A stretch of DNA of 64,000 nucleotides, taken from Octopus vulgaris. Its lineage: Eukaryota. The notes beneath the pieces are model-generated. The model was given only the letters and a program-made list of their open reading frames with translations, searched no databases and was not told the DNA's origin. Below are positions 35,798 through 49,910 of this stretch, one piece after another (position 1 is the stretch's first letter; every line of letters starts with the position of its first letter). A program made the position numbers and the translations under genes. The stretch covers positions 95,294,001-95,358,000 of the forward strand of contig OX597824.1 in NCBI GenBank assembly GCA_951406725.2, given 5' to 3'.

Positions 35798-38257
35798 TTA
35801 ATGGGTGTTGGCAGTAGTTGTATGTGTGAGAGGATTTTCATTGTGCGATCCAAGGTGTCATACACTCTTCTATTATAATCCTGGGCTGACCAGTATGTTG
35901 TGTGTGAAGTTGGTAGATAGAAACTGTGTGGAAGCCCATTGCCTGTGCTTTGTGTTTATCCCCCATCACCTCTTGACAACCAGGGACAGGTTGTTTACTT
36001 CCCTGTTTGGCAAAAGAGGCCAATAGAATAAGCACCAGATTCAGAAACTGAATACTAAACCTACAAGGTGGTGCCCCAGCTTGGCCACAGTCTGATGAAT
36101 GAAACAAGTAAAAAGATGAAAGCTAAAGAAAGACCAAGTGTTTGAAACATAAGACCCCTTCTTCTTCCTCGTTGCATAAAACACAATTCCACTGTTTTAT
36201 TATTTCAGAATTGTGAAGTTTACTTTAGTTTAGAATGTAGAACATTGTTAAATATTGTTATTCAGTTCCTTCCCACTTCTTTTGAATGGAATTTGTAAGT
36301 AGTAACAAGGACAACGGGGCTTTTGTTTAAAGTACAAGTTGTTGATGTTGAGAAAAAAATGAGGGAAAATGGTGTTTATTGAAGATGTGAAAAATGTTCT
36401 GACAGCAAAGTGGGGATTGTGGAATTGTTGTGATGTTATTTAAAAGATTTCTCATAGGCGTGGATGAGTAGGTAAGAAGCTTGCACTGCAATCATGTCGT
36501 TTCAGGGTCAGTCCCACTGTGTGGCACCTTGGGCAAGTGTCCTCTATAACCCCACACCAACCAATGAGTGAATTTGGTTGGTGGAGACTGTGTGGAACAT
36601 AGTGTGTGTGTGTGTGTGTTTGTTTCTCCAATCCACTACTTGACAACTAGTGTTGGTTTGTTTACATCCTTGTAACAGTTGTTCAGCAAAAGTGACCTAT
36701 ATAAATAAGTACTAGAATTGATTGCCCCAGCATTGACTGAAATGAGTAAAAGATAATGGTAGTTAACTATTTACATTTGTCCAATCCAAATCGTATCTCT
36801 ACTTCAGAAGCAATTTAAAACATAAAGCATTTTCCAGTGCATTCAGCTGAAGCAACACCTGTAATTAACAGTTGTATACCTGCACAAAGATTCGTTATCA
36901 TACATTATTTTGATGAATGAAAAGCAACAAAACTGACAGAAATGATTTAGTGCTAGTCATAAGAACTGACAAAGTTTTGTTAGAAAGTTCGGATATTTCT
37001 ATTTATTCAATAATTATAATTGTTAAAGTTTTAGCAATGAAGTGTTTGTGATGAAGCATTTTCTTGCACACATTAGAATGCAGTATTCTAATTTACTTAC
37101 AATAGATTTTGAAACAGCTGTAATAATCAACCAATGGTAACTGTAGTGAGCTGTTGCTATTTTCACTTTAGCCAACATGCTTGGCTCAAATTCAGCATTT
37201 GAGGTTAGCAGGTAAACATTTCAATCCAGAATTTACTTTATTAAGCACTTGGGAATTATGTGCAGTATATATGATGAATCTGTGGACTCCCTGGATACAC
37301 TGAAAAGGAAATGGTGCTATGTGAGCTTTTTGGAATATTTTGGAAGAACATGGTTTGGCATTGTTAAGCATAGGCATCAAAGGTGCTTCTTGTCTTTTGA
37401 AATTGGGCTGTGGCCTGTTCACAGCCAAAGTGAATTGGATTTACCAAAACAGCCAAATTTCTGGGGTGAAGGAGTTAGCACCAGTCCTTCAATAGAACAA
37501 TAATTTTGATAGCCTATATGACAATGCTTACACTCATCAAGAGAATTGAAGTAGAGAAAGCTAACACTAAACATTTTTGGACTAATACTCATCATACTTG
37601 TTTCTGCCATGCAGCTGCGGTCATGCTGGAGCAGTGTCACAAATAAAATTTTTAAAATATATATGATCACTGTTGTGGTGCACCTGAGCACTGTATACAA
37701 TAATTTCATTATTATTATTATTATTTTATCGACCCCAAAAGGATGAAAGGCATAGTCAAGACCAGCAGATTTTGAACTCAGAATGTATAGTAGCAGGAAA
37801 TGCTTCTAAGCATCATATTAAAAAGATACTTCCAACTTATAAATTGACCAGCTCCAAATTTTTCTTGAGGTCAATAACCCACAGTTTTTTTTTTTTGTAC
37901 ATTTTAATAAATTGCTTTAATTTAAAAACATCATTTTTGGCAGTCTTCTCTTTTTTTTTTTAATATATGGCTACAGTCAAAGAAAATTGAAAAAGTTTAT
38001 TCTCTTCCCCCTACCAAATACAAATTTTTGACAACCTTCTTCTATTTAATAAATTGCTTAAGTTTTTAAAACTAAATATTAAAAACAAAATGTTTAGAAA
38101 ATAAAAACTGCCAGCATTTTATCTTGGCAGCATGTTGAAAGTTACAAACAAACAAAAATGCATTTTTATACATTAAATGTGAATGTGTGAACAGAAAGAG
38201 AAGAATAATAAGTGGACAGAAACTTGCATTCTAGCTTGAAATCCAGTCTAACTTTAA

Positions 38258-38734
38258 ACCTTTGCCTGTCTAATGAGTTTGTCCTAAACATCCATGGTTT
38301 TTTTCGGGTTTTTAGTTAACTCTTGTTTCGTATGGTCTAAGTTTCCTCTCATAAGTCCCAAGTTACTCCGATGATAGAAAAAAATTGGGAATTTGATGCA
38401 TGTATGTCAGGGAAAGCACCATCTGAGCATGATCGTTACCAAAGTCACCTTACTGGCACCTGTGCTGGTGGCATGTGTAAAAGGATTCGAGCGAGGTCGT
38501 TGCCAGTACCGCCTGACTGGCCCCCGTGCCGGTGGCACGTAAAAAGCACCCACTACACTCTCGGAGTGGTTGGTGTTAGGAAGGGCATCCAGCTGTAGAA
38601 ACTCTGCCAAATCAAGATTGGAGACTGGTACAACCATCTGGTTTGCCAGCCCTCAGTCAAAATCGTCCAACCCATGCTAGCATGGAAAGTGGACGTTAAA
38701 CAATGATGATGATGACATAAGACAAGACAAAGGG
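38258..38734. mobile_element. Probable TTAA MITE with a family C SINE inserted (about 38410-38714)
   Basis: TTAA|ACCTTTGCCTGTCT...AGACAAAGGG|TTAA flanks a clear family C copy. Confidence 0.55.
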
Positions 38735-40509
38735 TTAATTTGTTTTGTTTTTATCTTATAACATTTTATATAATGTCAATGCTCAGGGAAATTTTGCAAC
38801 ATTTCAGGCATGGCTTGTTGTTGGAAAGAGGGAAAAGTCAGGAGAGAAGGAAAAGAATAGTCCTAGGAAAGCATGCCATCGTGTGTGTGTGTGCTGGTGA
38901 CATGTAAAGAGCACCCGCTGCACTCTTGGAGTGGTTGGCATTAGGAAGGGCATCCGGTCATAGAAACCAGACCAAATCAGATTGGAACCTGGTGCAGCTC
39001 ACCAGCTTACCGGTTGCAGTCAAACCATTTAACCCATTCCAGCATGGAAAACAGATGCTAAATGATGATGATGATGATGATGATTTGATATATAGAAATG
39101 TATTTTTCTTTAAATACATCTAGCTTAATGAATTGATTAACAATAGTTTTTTTGTTTTTAATTACGAAATGTAGTGCCAATGTTAACATCAGAAACAGGA
39201 AATTATAAAGCTTTTTTTTCTTTTCTGCAGTTGTCCTGGGATATTCATCTACAATTTTCCAACATGAAACACCACTAATTACTTCAGATTCCACTGTTTC
39301 ACTACAACATGTACTGTTTATTTTATTTATTCTTGTTTTATATATTCTTCAAATTACTGATGTCAGGATAAGAATGAGACACGGGATGTCTGAGATAATG
39401 TGTGCATAAATTTACAAGGATGTTATGGAACCAAAAATCAATAAACAACTGGAACTCTGTTGGTTTGTTTGCTTGAGCATTCACCATGCGTAGGTTCAAT
39501 AAGTACTATGTTTTCCCCCTTTAACATCCTATCTTTATTCTTAGGTAGTCATGTGCATATCTTCACATGGGTTTTCTCTAATCATTGAAGCATTCTTAAT
39601 TCCACATGAAATATTTAAAATACCAGCTCATTTCTTTTTATCGTATGTTTAAAAACCATATTTGTGCATAAGAGTCTTTTTTTTTTTTTTTTAAATCTAG
39701 GTTAAGGAACAGGGCTGACTGTCCTTTCTTTATTCACCGTGGTGACTATCAGTTTTGCTCTCTTTGGCCTGGTCTTTATTCATTCATTCTTTTTTTTACT
39801 TGCCTTCAAAGTTTTATTGAAATCTCTTTCAATGCAGTCTTTCATAATCTATATATAGAGTAATTGAAGCTAGAGCATTTTTTGAGAATTTCATACAATT
39901 AGCTACTACAAAGTTTAGTCATATTTCTTCTTTGAAATCTTGTTACTCAAGCTGGGTTTTATGAATAGACAATATATTTTGTTAATGGAGCAATGTAATA
40001 TTAAAAACTTCTCCTATAAGTTTTAATTAATATCCCTTCTCTGTGTTATCAAATTCCTAAAGTTTCCCATATAGTTTTTCCTGTTTGTATTTTTTAAACT
40101 TACATTCCGTATTACTTTAGGTGAGAGGTGTCATTAAGTCACAGAGTTTGTTTTGTATTATTTTGACCTTTTTCTATTTTATTAGTTTTCTCTCTTTTTT
40201 TTTCTTTTTTTTTTTGTTGTTCTTTTCTCTCTTTCAATTTGCTTGGCAACCTCTCTAGTGGTGGTGGCACAGAAGAAGCACTCAGTACATGCTGTAAAGT
40301 GGTTTGTGTTAAGAATGTCCAGCTATAGAAACCATTCCAAAACTGACATTGAAGCTCTTTGCAGTTCAGTGAATCTCATCAAACCATCCAACAGTATAGA
40401 AAATGGACATTAAGTGGTGATGTTTCAGAAAATGTTTTGTGATTAATTCTTGATTCAAACTAATGACTGTAATGTACTCTATTCTTTAGAACTTGCTAAA
40501 CTATATCTA

Positions 40510-41806
40510 TATGGTTGTTCCAAAAATAATGGCCGATTTCAGAAACATATTTTTATTCTGGAAAAATTAACAATAGAAATGTTTTGATTAGTCACAGTAT
40601 GAGCTGTGAACATCTATGCATCTCTACCATCGATCAACGAGATTATTTATGCCTCGTTGATAAAAAACTTATTGGCTTTGATGCTAAGAAATCTTTGAAA
40701 GCTGATTCCATCTTTGGTTTGGACCTCAAAGTTTTATCACTTAAAAATTTGTTTAAATGCTTTATAAAAATGGTAGTCAGTGGGTGAAAAATCAGGAGAA
40801 TATGGAAGATATGGTAAAGTCTCATATCACAAGTCTGTGAGTTTCTGCAGCATCATTCTTGCAACATGTGGCTTTGCTTTATCATGGAGCAGAATTGGGC
40901 CACACTAATTCACCAATGCAGGTCTCATTTTTTGCAAGTGAGCATACATTTCAGCGAGTTGATTGCAGTAAACCTCTGCTGTAATGCTCTGATTGGGCTT
41001 CTAGAAAGCTCTAACGGACAACACCATTTGCAGACCACCAGACAGTCACCATAATCTTTTGCTGATGCAACTTTGGCGTTGGGAAATGTTTGAGGGGCTC
41101 ATCACGTTCAAACCGTTGACCTGATCATTTATGGTTATCATAAAAGATCCACTTTTTGTCACAAGTGACTATTCACTCAAGAGAAGGATCATTGGTGTTT
41201 TGCAGAAAGAGCATTGACCACACTTCAAAGCACCAAACTTTTTGACTTTTATTGAGCTCATGCAGTACCCATTTATTGGGCTTTTTCCCCTCACCAATCT
41301 TCTGCAGATTGCATGAGACTGTTGCAATACCAACACCAAATGCCTGAAACATTTCTCTGACACTTTGACCTGGGTTTTGTTCAACATTTGCTTTCAATTG
41401 TTCATTGTCAAGATTGCATAACTATCCTTAACCTTCTTCATCTTCAGGTCTCTCATCACCAGTTTGTACTGTGCAAAGTAGTGATGAGAGCCTTTGTACT
41501 GTGCGATCACTTGTGGACCCCTCTCTTCATGCTCTGTTGATAATGGCAGTAGTTTGGGAGGGATGGTGCGCTAGCTTGAACTCCTGCAAGAAAAGTTAGC
41601 GAAGGCCCTTTTTTGTCATGTTCATAATTAAGGGCGCCTGTGCTTCAAGAATGTTTCCTGTCTGAAATAAGTAGAAAATTATTAAAGAGCATACATCAGT
41701 TATTAAATATGTCGAAATTCACCTAAAATATAATCAAAATATATTTGATAAAATTGCATTTCAAAGCACAACACTTGGAGTGGCCATTATTTTTGGAACA
41801 ACCTAA
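40510..41806 (-). mobile_element. Near full-length (about 1.3 kb) mariner, transposase pseudogene
   Basis: TIRs GGTTGTTCCAAAAATAATGGCC at both ends with TA flanks. Minus-strand fragments include VEQNPGQSVREM...KWVLHELN (WVPHEL motif) and AFKDFLASKP; many stops and frameshifts. Confidence 0.92.
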
Positions 41807-42355
41807 TACATTGCAAAGGGACATGACCAGAATATGAATTGGAAAGTTGATTCATAATCAATCTAAGGAGATGATTTGTTTCCCTGTGTCTTGGAGAGAA
41901 CATTTTTGCCTTTTGAGCCATCCTGATTGTTCGTAAGCTGAGCAACAACCTCTAGCCTAAGGGGCTTTCTGCATGGCATGTCTAATGAAAAATTATTTGT
42001 TTTTAAGTAGTGTAGCCTGTCTGATAGTGAGCCATGTCTCATGCAGCCTGCTTCTCAAAAAAGGGTTATCCAAAGCAACCCAGCAGGTGCTAAATGCTTA
42101 GCCTACCTGATGACAAGGTTACAGTTGACACAACCCCAAGGAAAACAAATTTCAATTCACAGAAGACATTAGTGTTATTAAGGATCAGATTTGTAAGTGA
42201 AAACAAATAATGAGTTAGTTTAAAACTGGTGTAACAGCCATTATTATGTTTAGGCATTAGGAGGAACTTGTCAAATTCCAAAATGAAAGCCTTATTTGTT
42301 TGCTTTCAGTGAGTTTTTATTTTTGTACTAATTTAGTTTTGTCGTGATTGCTTAG

Positions 42356-42968
42356 CCATTTAGCATTCAGCTTGCTCTGTCAAATGTAATACAGATTTAT
42401 TCACATTGTTTTGAATAATTATTCATTCATTATCTTGTAGATTTGATTTTGATGATGTGATTGTTCATCATCCTCATCATCGTTTGACATCAGCTCTCCA
42501 TGCTGGCATGGGCTGCATGGTTTGACCAGGGCTGGTGAGCTGAGGAGCTGCACCAGACTCCGGTCTGATTTGGCATGGCTTTTACAGCTAGATGTCCTTC
42601 CTAATGCCAACCACTCCAAGAGTGTAATGGATACATTACACCAGTATCTGCCACAACTACACTTTCACTTGGCCTGATGGGTCTTCTTCTCAAGCATGAC
42701 ATATTGCCAAAGATCTCTGTCATTTGTCATTGCCTCCGTGGGGCCCAACACTGGAAAGGTGCTTTTTACGTACCACCGGCACGGGTGCCAGTTACGCGAC
42801 ACTGGCATCAGTCACATTGCCTCCAAGAGGCCAAATGCTCGACAGGTGCTTTTTGTTTTGTTTATTTATAGAATGACATTTTAGGATAGGTGTGATAGGC
42901 CAGACCTAGTGAGTTTGAACATAAAACAGGTAGAATATCTGGATATGGTTGGTTTAAATACTAAAGGG
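42356..42968. mobile_element. TTAA MITE (second family) with a minus-strand family C SINE inserted (about 42465-42850)
   Basis: CCATTTAGCATTCAG...AATACTAAAGGG|TTAA; homologous uninterrupted copy at 44730-44939. Confidence 0.7.
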
Positions 42969-44729
42969 TTAAACTGGGTTTTTTGTTTTTTTTTGTATTT
43001 GTTTCTGTACAGCATATTTGTCAGTGGAAACTCTGTCCTTCTCCGCCATTTGATCAATTGTAACTTCATTTGGTAAACTGATATTCTGATGTCGTGTTGC
43101 TCAAGTTGGTTTGTTCCAGTTTGTTAATACTGTATGCAAGTATTTACTTGTATCCAGCGACAATGTCTTGCGGTAGGTTTTAGTATCTACTAAAAACACC
43201 AATCATGAAACCTATATACCCCTGCCCTCTTTGACACAGCAAGAAATTAGTCATTACCATGCTTCATTAATTTTCTATGTATAACCACAACCTACAACAG
43301 ACTTTTCATCTTTATTCATATCCACTTCCTCATGTTTATTCCTCAAATAGATTAAACATTTTCCACTGCAAATAAAGCTAAGAATGGCTTTATCTGTAAT
43401 CGCCAGCGATAAGGTGAATTACATTAATCTTAAACATTGGAATTACATTTAGAAGAAGTCCCGTATTATGTTTCCAGCAAGTGTGTAACTAGAACAGACT
43501 ATCAAAATAATTTCTTATCTTGTTTGTAGAAAACCCAGTTTTGCTTGAACAGTTTATTCTATGGCGACATTTACAGCTATTTGTAATGTATTCTTAAACA
43601 TGAAATAACTGAACCACAAGTCAACGTTGAGGATTAAAAACAACCAACACAAAATGGGTTTTCTTTGATCCAAAGTTGTAACTAATTGCTAGAGCATTGT
43701 AGTTAATTAATGAAGTTGACAAATATTTCTAGTTTAATCTTTTAATTGTTTCAGTCGTTGGTTGGACTGCAGCCATGCTGGGGCACAACCTCAAAGGGTT
43801 TAGTCCAACAAATTGACACCAGTACTTAATTTGTTTCTTTTATGTCTGGTACTTATTCTATTAGTTTCTTTGCCCAAATCACTAAGTTATAGGGATGTAA
43901 ACAAACCAACAAAGGTTGTCAAGCAAGGCAGTGGGAAACAAAGGCATTCTCTCTCTCTCTCTCATACACACAGTTTCTGTCTACCAAATTCACTCAAATG
44001 CATTGGTTAACCCGAGGCTTTAACAGAACACACCTGCTCAAGCTGCTGCACAGTGGGACTGAACTCCAAACCACATGGTTTCTAAGCAGGCTTCTTAACC
44101 ATGCTTGTGCTTACAATAGAAAATTAAAAGGAAATTGTGTCAGGAGTAGATGGGCAGGATTTTCTAATTGTAAATAATTAACCTGGAAGACCTTCCACAT
44201 TTTGTTCGTCAAGTTAATTTCTCTCTGGTCATTAGGTGTCTAACAATAAATCCATTTACTATTAGTGTGTAATTATGGAGCTAATGGTTTCAACTGAACT
44301 CTTTCCCAACTTATGGTTGTGTCTTTGTGTTTATAAACATATTAAGCAAAAGCAATTTCTTCTATAATTTCTTGATTGTACAATTAGTTGCTAATTATAA
44401 TCGTTACTTTTATAAGGCATTGAGAAAAGTCTCTTCAGATTACGTATAGTGTCAATCTGTGTATAAAAATTCCCAAGGACATTATTAACTGTTTTAGCCT
44501 TAGGAATTCTTCATCAAAAATGCCCTAATGAACTCAATGACTACAGGTCAAAGGGCCTCAAGTACCTTATAAACCACTTAAAATAACAGTTTCTTTGTTA
44601 CCACTTTGGATCTTTAGTTCTTTGTTGCATTAACTCCCATAAGGTTAAGTACCCCTAGAACACTTTTAAAATACAGCACTTCTTTTGGTGTTTATTTTTA
44701 ACACAATCATTGCTCAAAAGTGATATCAA

Positions 44730-44939
44730 CCGTTTAGCATTCAGATTACTCTTTCAAATGTAATGTCTACTTATTCACATTGTCTTGAATTAATCTTGCA
44801 TTTTCTCAAATATTTTCTCAATATTTCAACGACGTAGTTATTTGCTTTTGCAATGACATTGTAGGCTGTATGTGGCTGACTTGAATATAAACCAAGAAGA
44901 TTATTTGGGCAGGATATGGCAGGTTTAGCTGCAGGAGGG
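44730..44939. mobile_element. TTAA MITE (second family)
   Basis: CCGTTTAGCATTCAGATTACTC...GGAGGG|TTAA. Confidence 0.65.
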
Positions 44940-45266
44940 TTAATGTTTTTCTTGCCCCTTGGGAGATGAATTTTGATTAACAACAAATTTACCTCTCATT
45001 ATGGTTATTATTTCAGGTGATTAAATATTATTTTCAGCTCATCATATTCAGTATGGCAGCCTGCATTTAACCGATATTATTACCGTATTGCTTCTGCTAC
45101 AGAAACAGTTCTGCTTTTGAACTTCAAGATTGGTACTTTCTCTTCATATGAATCAAATTATAGGGGGATCATTTCTATTGTTTCAGCTAGGAGCATTGCA
45201 GGGATTTTTCTTTCTCTCTGCCATTTATATTCCATAGTCAGCTCCCTTTATTATAATCTTGTTTAA

Positions 45267-45482
45267 CCCTTTCGTTACCGTATTTATTTTGAGATGCTCT
45301 GTGTTTCATTCAATTAATTTTAAATGTAACAAAGAATTTAATAAAAGAACTTAGTTATCATTAAGCTAGTGTTGGGAACATAAATTGTGACTAAGGTTTG
45401 GTGGAAGATTTTAATTCAATACAAACAAGACATTTGTACTACAGAGCCTGAGGCGGTTTTGGCCGGGTTGGTATCAAAAGGG
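45267..45482. mobile_element. piggyBac-like MITE
   Basis: TTAA|CCCTTTCGTTACC...GGTATCAAAAGGG|TTAA; homologous to 35602-35797. Confidence 0.85.
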
Positions 45483-46016
45483 TTAATCAAGTGCATGTAT
45501 ACCAATAATGAAGAATTACATATCCCTACTTTTTGGGGACCTGATTTGTTAAGCATATAATAATATATTCACATGTTTTTATAACAATCTTATTTATAAT
45601 TTTGATTATAATTAACATAGAAAGTTTTCATTAGAAATATATTGTTACAGTGTAGGAGGCCTGGTTTATATGTATGAAATGCAAAAACATTTGTTCTCTT
45701 GAATTAATTTCTTCATTGTGGTATTTTGTCACAGTTACTGTAATTATTTTTTAATAACTCTAGTCAGTTTTAATTACAATCTCTTAACTTAATTAAAAAT
45801 GTAAGAATAACCTAAAATTCACCATGGCAAATATAATCTAGATTTTCATTACAAACTTAATTTTTCAAATTTTTTTAATCATTTCTGAAAAGGTGAAAAT
45901 CTAAGTCAATCTAACAGGATTTGAACCACATAGTGCCAGTAGATGTTTGATGGTTAACATCTTGAATAGTCTTTGATATAATGAATAAAATATATATCAA
46001 CAAAATAGAATTTCCT

Positions 46017-46258
46017 AAAAAGCACCATCTGATCGTGGCCGTTTGCCAGCCTCGTCTGGCACCTGTGCAGGTGGCACATAAAAAGCACCCACTACACTCA
46101 CGGAGTGGTTGGCGTTAGGAAGGGCATCCAGCTGTAGAAACACTGCCAGATCAGACTGGGCCTGGTGCAGCCTCCTGGCTTCCCAGACCCAGGTTGAACC
46201 GTCCAACCCATGCTAGCATGGAAAACGAATGTTAAACAATGATGATGATGGTGATGAT
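46017..46258 (+). mobile_element. SINE family C
   Basis: Family motifs and GAT tail. Confidence 0.85.
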
Positions 46259-46595
46259 GTGGACATGTGAATGAATAAAGATAAGACAAACGACATTTGA
46301 GTGTAATCGTAAGTAAATTAAAGCACTGATGTAGGTCCTAGGCCTCATGGAGCTGGTTACTCAGTCTCCATGCTATATAAATGACTAAGATCACAACACT
46401 CTTCTTGAATGGGGCACCAATCTATTGCAGGATTATTCATTTACAACGGATTGGATTGGAGCAACAAGAAATGAAGTGCTTTACTTAAGATCACAACACA
46501 TCACCTGATCTGAGAATCGAAACCCAGACTTTTGTGATCATAAGTGCAACACCATAACCACTAAGCCATGACCCTTCACTGACTCATAAGGACCA

Positions 46596-46678
46596 GCACC
46601 TTGAGCAAGTGTCTTCTACTATAGCCTTGGGTTGACCAAGGCTATAGTAGATTTGGTAGACAGAAATTGAAAGAAGCA

Positions 46679-46715
<37 letters not shown>

Positions 46716-47345
46716 GAGCTGACGGACACGCTAGCATGCCAGGCGAAATGCTTGGCAGTATTTTGTCTGTCCTTATGTTCTGAGTTCAAATTCTGCTGAG
46801 GTCGACTTTGCTTTTCATCCTTTTGGAATCGATAAATTAAGTACCAGTTGTGTACTGGGGTCAATCTAATTGACTACCCCTCCCCACCAATATTTTTCAG
46901 TCCTTGTGCCTATAGTAGAAAAGTATATATATATTGGGTTGGTGCATAATTATTGCGGCTAAAACAATAACAATATTTAACAAAAACATCTTTAAATGAT
47001 GGTCTGACCGTCTGCCAAGCAAATGAGAAGCAGTAATTGAAGTAGATGGTGAATATGCTCCAGAATAATCATTTAAAGACGTTTTTGTTGAAAAAAACCG
47101 CAATAATTATGCACCAGCCCAATATATATGTATATATTTGTGTGTGTCTGTGTCTGTTTGTCCCCCTACCATTACTTGGCAACTGACGTTAGTGTGTTTA
47201 CGTCCCTGTAACTTAATGGTTTGGCAAAAGAGACCAATAAAATAAGTACTAGGCTTACAAAGAATAAGTCCTGGGGGTGATTTCCTCGACTAAAAAACCC
47301 TTTAAGTCTTTGCTCCAGCATGGCTGCGGTCAAATGAGTGAAACA
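46596..47345 (+). mobile_element. Family B SINE containing a family A SINE (46711-46923) and a mariner MITE
   Basis: B 5' part, TA tract, A copy, MITE, then the B 3' part resumes at about 47140. Confidence 0.8.
46934..47122 (+). mobile_element. Mariner-derived MITE (189 bp, MADE1/Hsmar1-like TIRs)
   Basis: TIRs TTGGG(T/C)TGGTGCATAATTATTGCGG, TA TSD; retains the transposase tail DRLPSK*EAVIEVDGEYAPE*. Confidence 0.9.
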
Positions 47346-48412
47346 AAACAATAAGAGTAAATGAAGGGGTCGTGGACCCTACAGGCAACATCTAAAGCAA
47401 TCTTTCCAAGAGGGCAATAATTCACAGTGAAAACCAATAGATTAAATGGGACTGTTTAGTCCTGCTGTGGTTAACCTCACCAGTGCCTGTGGTCTGATAA
47501 AAGACACCCAGTCTAGTGGGTGTAAAGTGGTTGAGGTGCTTTGGGACTTGTCCAACCTATACAAGCTTGGGGTGGGAGAGGACATTGAAATGATGATGGT
47601 ATAACCTTCTAAATGGCAGTATCTGAAGAAAACTTAATGATAGCAATTACCTCTATACCTGTTGAAATCTATACTGAAGATGATATAATAGCTATTACTT
47701 ATGGCAAAGTTGAAGAATAAATATATCCTGTTATCAGAAACTCTTGAGTTTGTGCCAAGAAATGCCATTTGCTGATTTTTATCTGGTGGTTTGTGTGTGC
47801 ACATGTCCTTTCTTTTCCCAAGTATACAGAGAAAGATATTACAATTGGAAACTTAGTTTCTGGGAATAGGATACATTTCTCAATCTCGTTATGAATAATA
47901 TAATTATTTTCAAAACTACTCTACGTATGGTTACTATCCTAATTAAAATTAATTTTCTGCATTTTTGTTCAGTTTTAAATATCTCTGCTATCAACTGAGA
48001 ATTCTATGTTCGCTTGTGTATCAGTTATTTGTGGTTATTTGTATTTTTGTATATTTTTCATTTTGGTAAAAGCACCCACTACACTCTCTGAGTGGTTGGC
48101 GTTAGGAAGGGCATCCAGCTGTAGAAATTCTGCCAGATCAAGATTGAAGCCTGGTGCAGCCATCTGGTTAGCCAGCCCTCAGTCAAAATCGTCCAACCCA
48201 TGCTAGCATTAAACGATGATGATGATGATTTGACTAAAACTAATATTGATATGTTCTCAATATCAATATTGGATGATTTCCATCACTGGTCTTCATAACC
48301 ATTACAATTTAAAAAAAATTTTTTCACTTAAAGCACGTATTTTCTGTAAGTTCTCTTTCCCTCCATTTCTGTTTCCTCAATAGATCTCTCCTACTCTAAT
48401 TAATTCTGTGTA

Positions 48413-48468
48413 GTCTTCACATATTTGTCTTCACATATTTGTCTTCACATATTTGTCTACACATATCT
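48413..48468. repeat. 14-bp tandem repeat x4 (GTCTTCACATATTT)
   Basis: Directly visible; the last unit is diverged. Confidence 0.9.
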
Positions 48469-48869
48469 ACAACCATGTTCCTAAGCTTCTACATCTATTC
48501 CTCTTGATCTCTTCTAATTGAAAAGCTGTTTTCTCTGATATAATTTAAGTACTTCAGTCAATGTTTTTATATAATTCTGTTGAATCTCAGATAGTTTCTT
48601 TCATGCTTAAACGTAAAAACATTTTCATAAATACCACATCCCCTTTCCCGTAACCTTTTATAGGAAAGCGAGTCTTTCTATTTGAGTAAACTTAATGGTG
48701 CACATCTAGATGATTATACACTTAACATGTGACCGTCCACAAGGTCACAAGGGCAAACCTGGTTACAGCCAATTTGTAAGTCACATTACTCTGCTTATTT
48801 CAGCCTGTCAAGTTGTCAATGGATGCTACTTCACAGTTAGTATTTGTATTAGGAAGGGTATCTATTTAT

Positions 48870-49910
48870 TCTTTTATTTGTTTCACTTATTTGACTGTGG
48901 CCATGCTGGAGCACCACCTTTTTAGGTGAACAAATCGACTTGAGGACCTTATTCTTTGTAAGCCTAGTACTTATTCTATCAGTCTCTTTTGCCAAACTGC
49001 TAAGTTACTGGGAGGTAAACCACACCAACATCGGTTGTCAAGCGATGATGGTGAGGACAGACACACAATCATATACATACACACACACACTCATCATCAT
49101 CATCATCACCATCATCGTTCAATGTCTGTTTTCCATGCTGGCATGGGTTAGATGGTTTGACTGGGGACTGGCAAGCCAGGAGGCTTCACCAGGCTCCAAT
49201 CTGATTTGACAATGTTTCTACAGCTGGATGCCCTTCCTAACACCAACCACTAAGTCAATTATGTTGATCCCAGTATTAAACTGGTACCGATTTTGTTAAC
49301 CCCCCCCCACACACACACACCAAAAAAAAAAAGGATGAGAGGCAAAGTCAACCTCAGCAGAATTTGAACTCAGAATGTAAAGACAAATGAAATGTTGCTA
49401 AGCATTTTGCCTGGTGTGCTAACGATTCTGCCAGCTCACCACTTTCCATATCAGAAATATCAAATTGAAACAAGGTAAAACATTCATTAATAAATAACGA
49501 ACACCCAATCAGTCCACTACATTTTGGTCTGCATTCTTTATTAATCTTTCTTTTATCTCTTATTTGTTTCAATTGTAAGACTTGCTGCCATGCTGGAGCA
49601 GCACCTTGCAGTGTTTAGTCGAATCAATTTCAGTATCTATTTTTGCTGAACTGCTAAGTTAAAGGGATGGAAACAAACCAACACCGGTTGTCTAATGGTG
49701 GAGGGAGACAAACACAACTTGTACATAGAGGTGCACACATACAGGTATCCAAAGGGCTTCCATGTAATTTCTGTCTATCAAATTCATTCATAAAGCATTG
49801 GTCGACCCAGGGCTATGGTAGAAGATTGTTGTTCAGGGTACTGTGCAGTGGGACTGAACCCAAATCTATGTAGTTAAAAACTGAGCTTCTTACCTGCACA
49901 GCCATACCTG
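48870..49910 (-). mobile_element. Cluster of minus-strand SINEs: B (48870-49090), C (49092-49252), A (49255-49442), B (49555-49910)
   Basis: Reverse complements of the family motifs seen elsewhere in the window. Confidence 0.75.
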
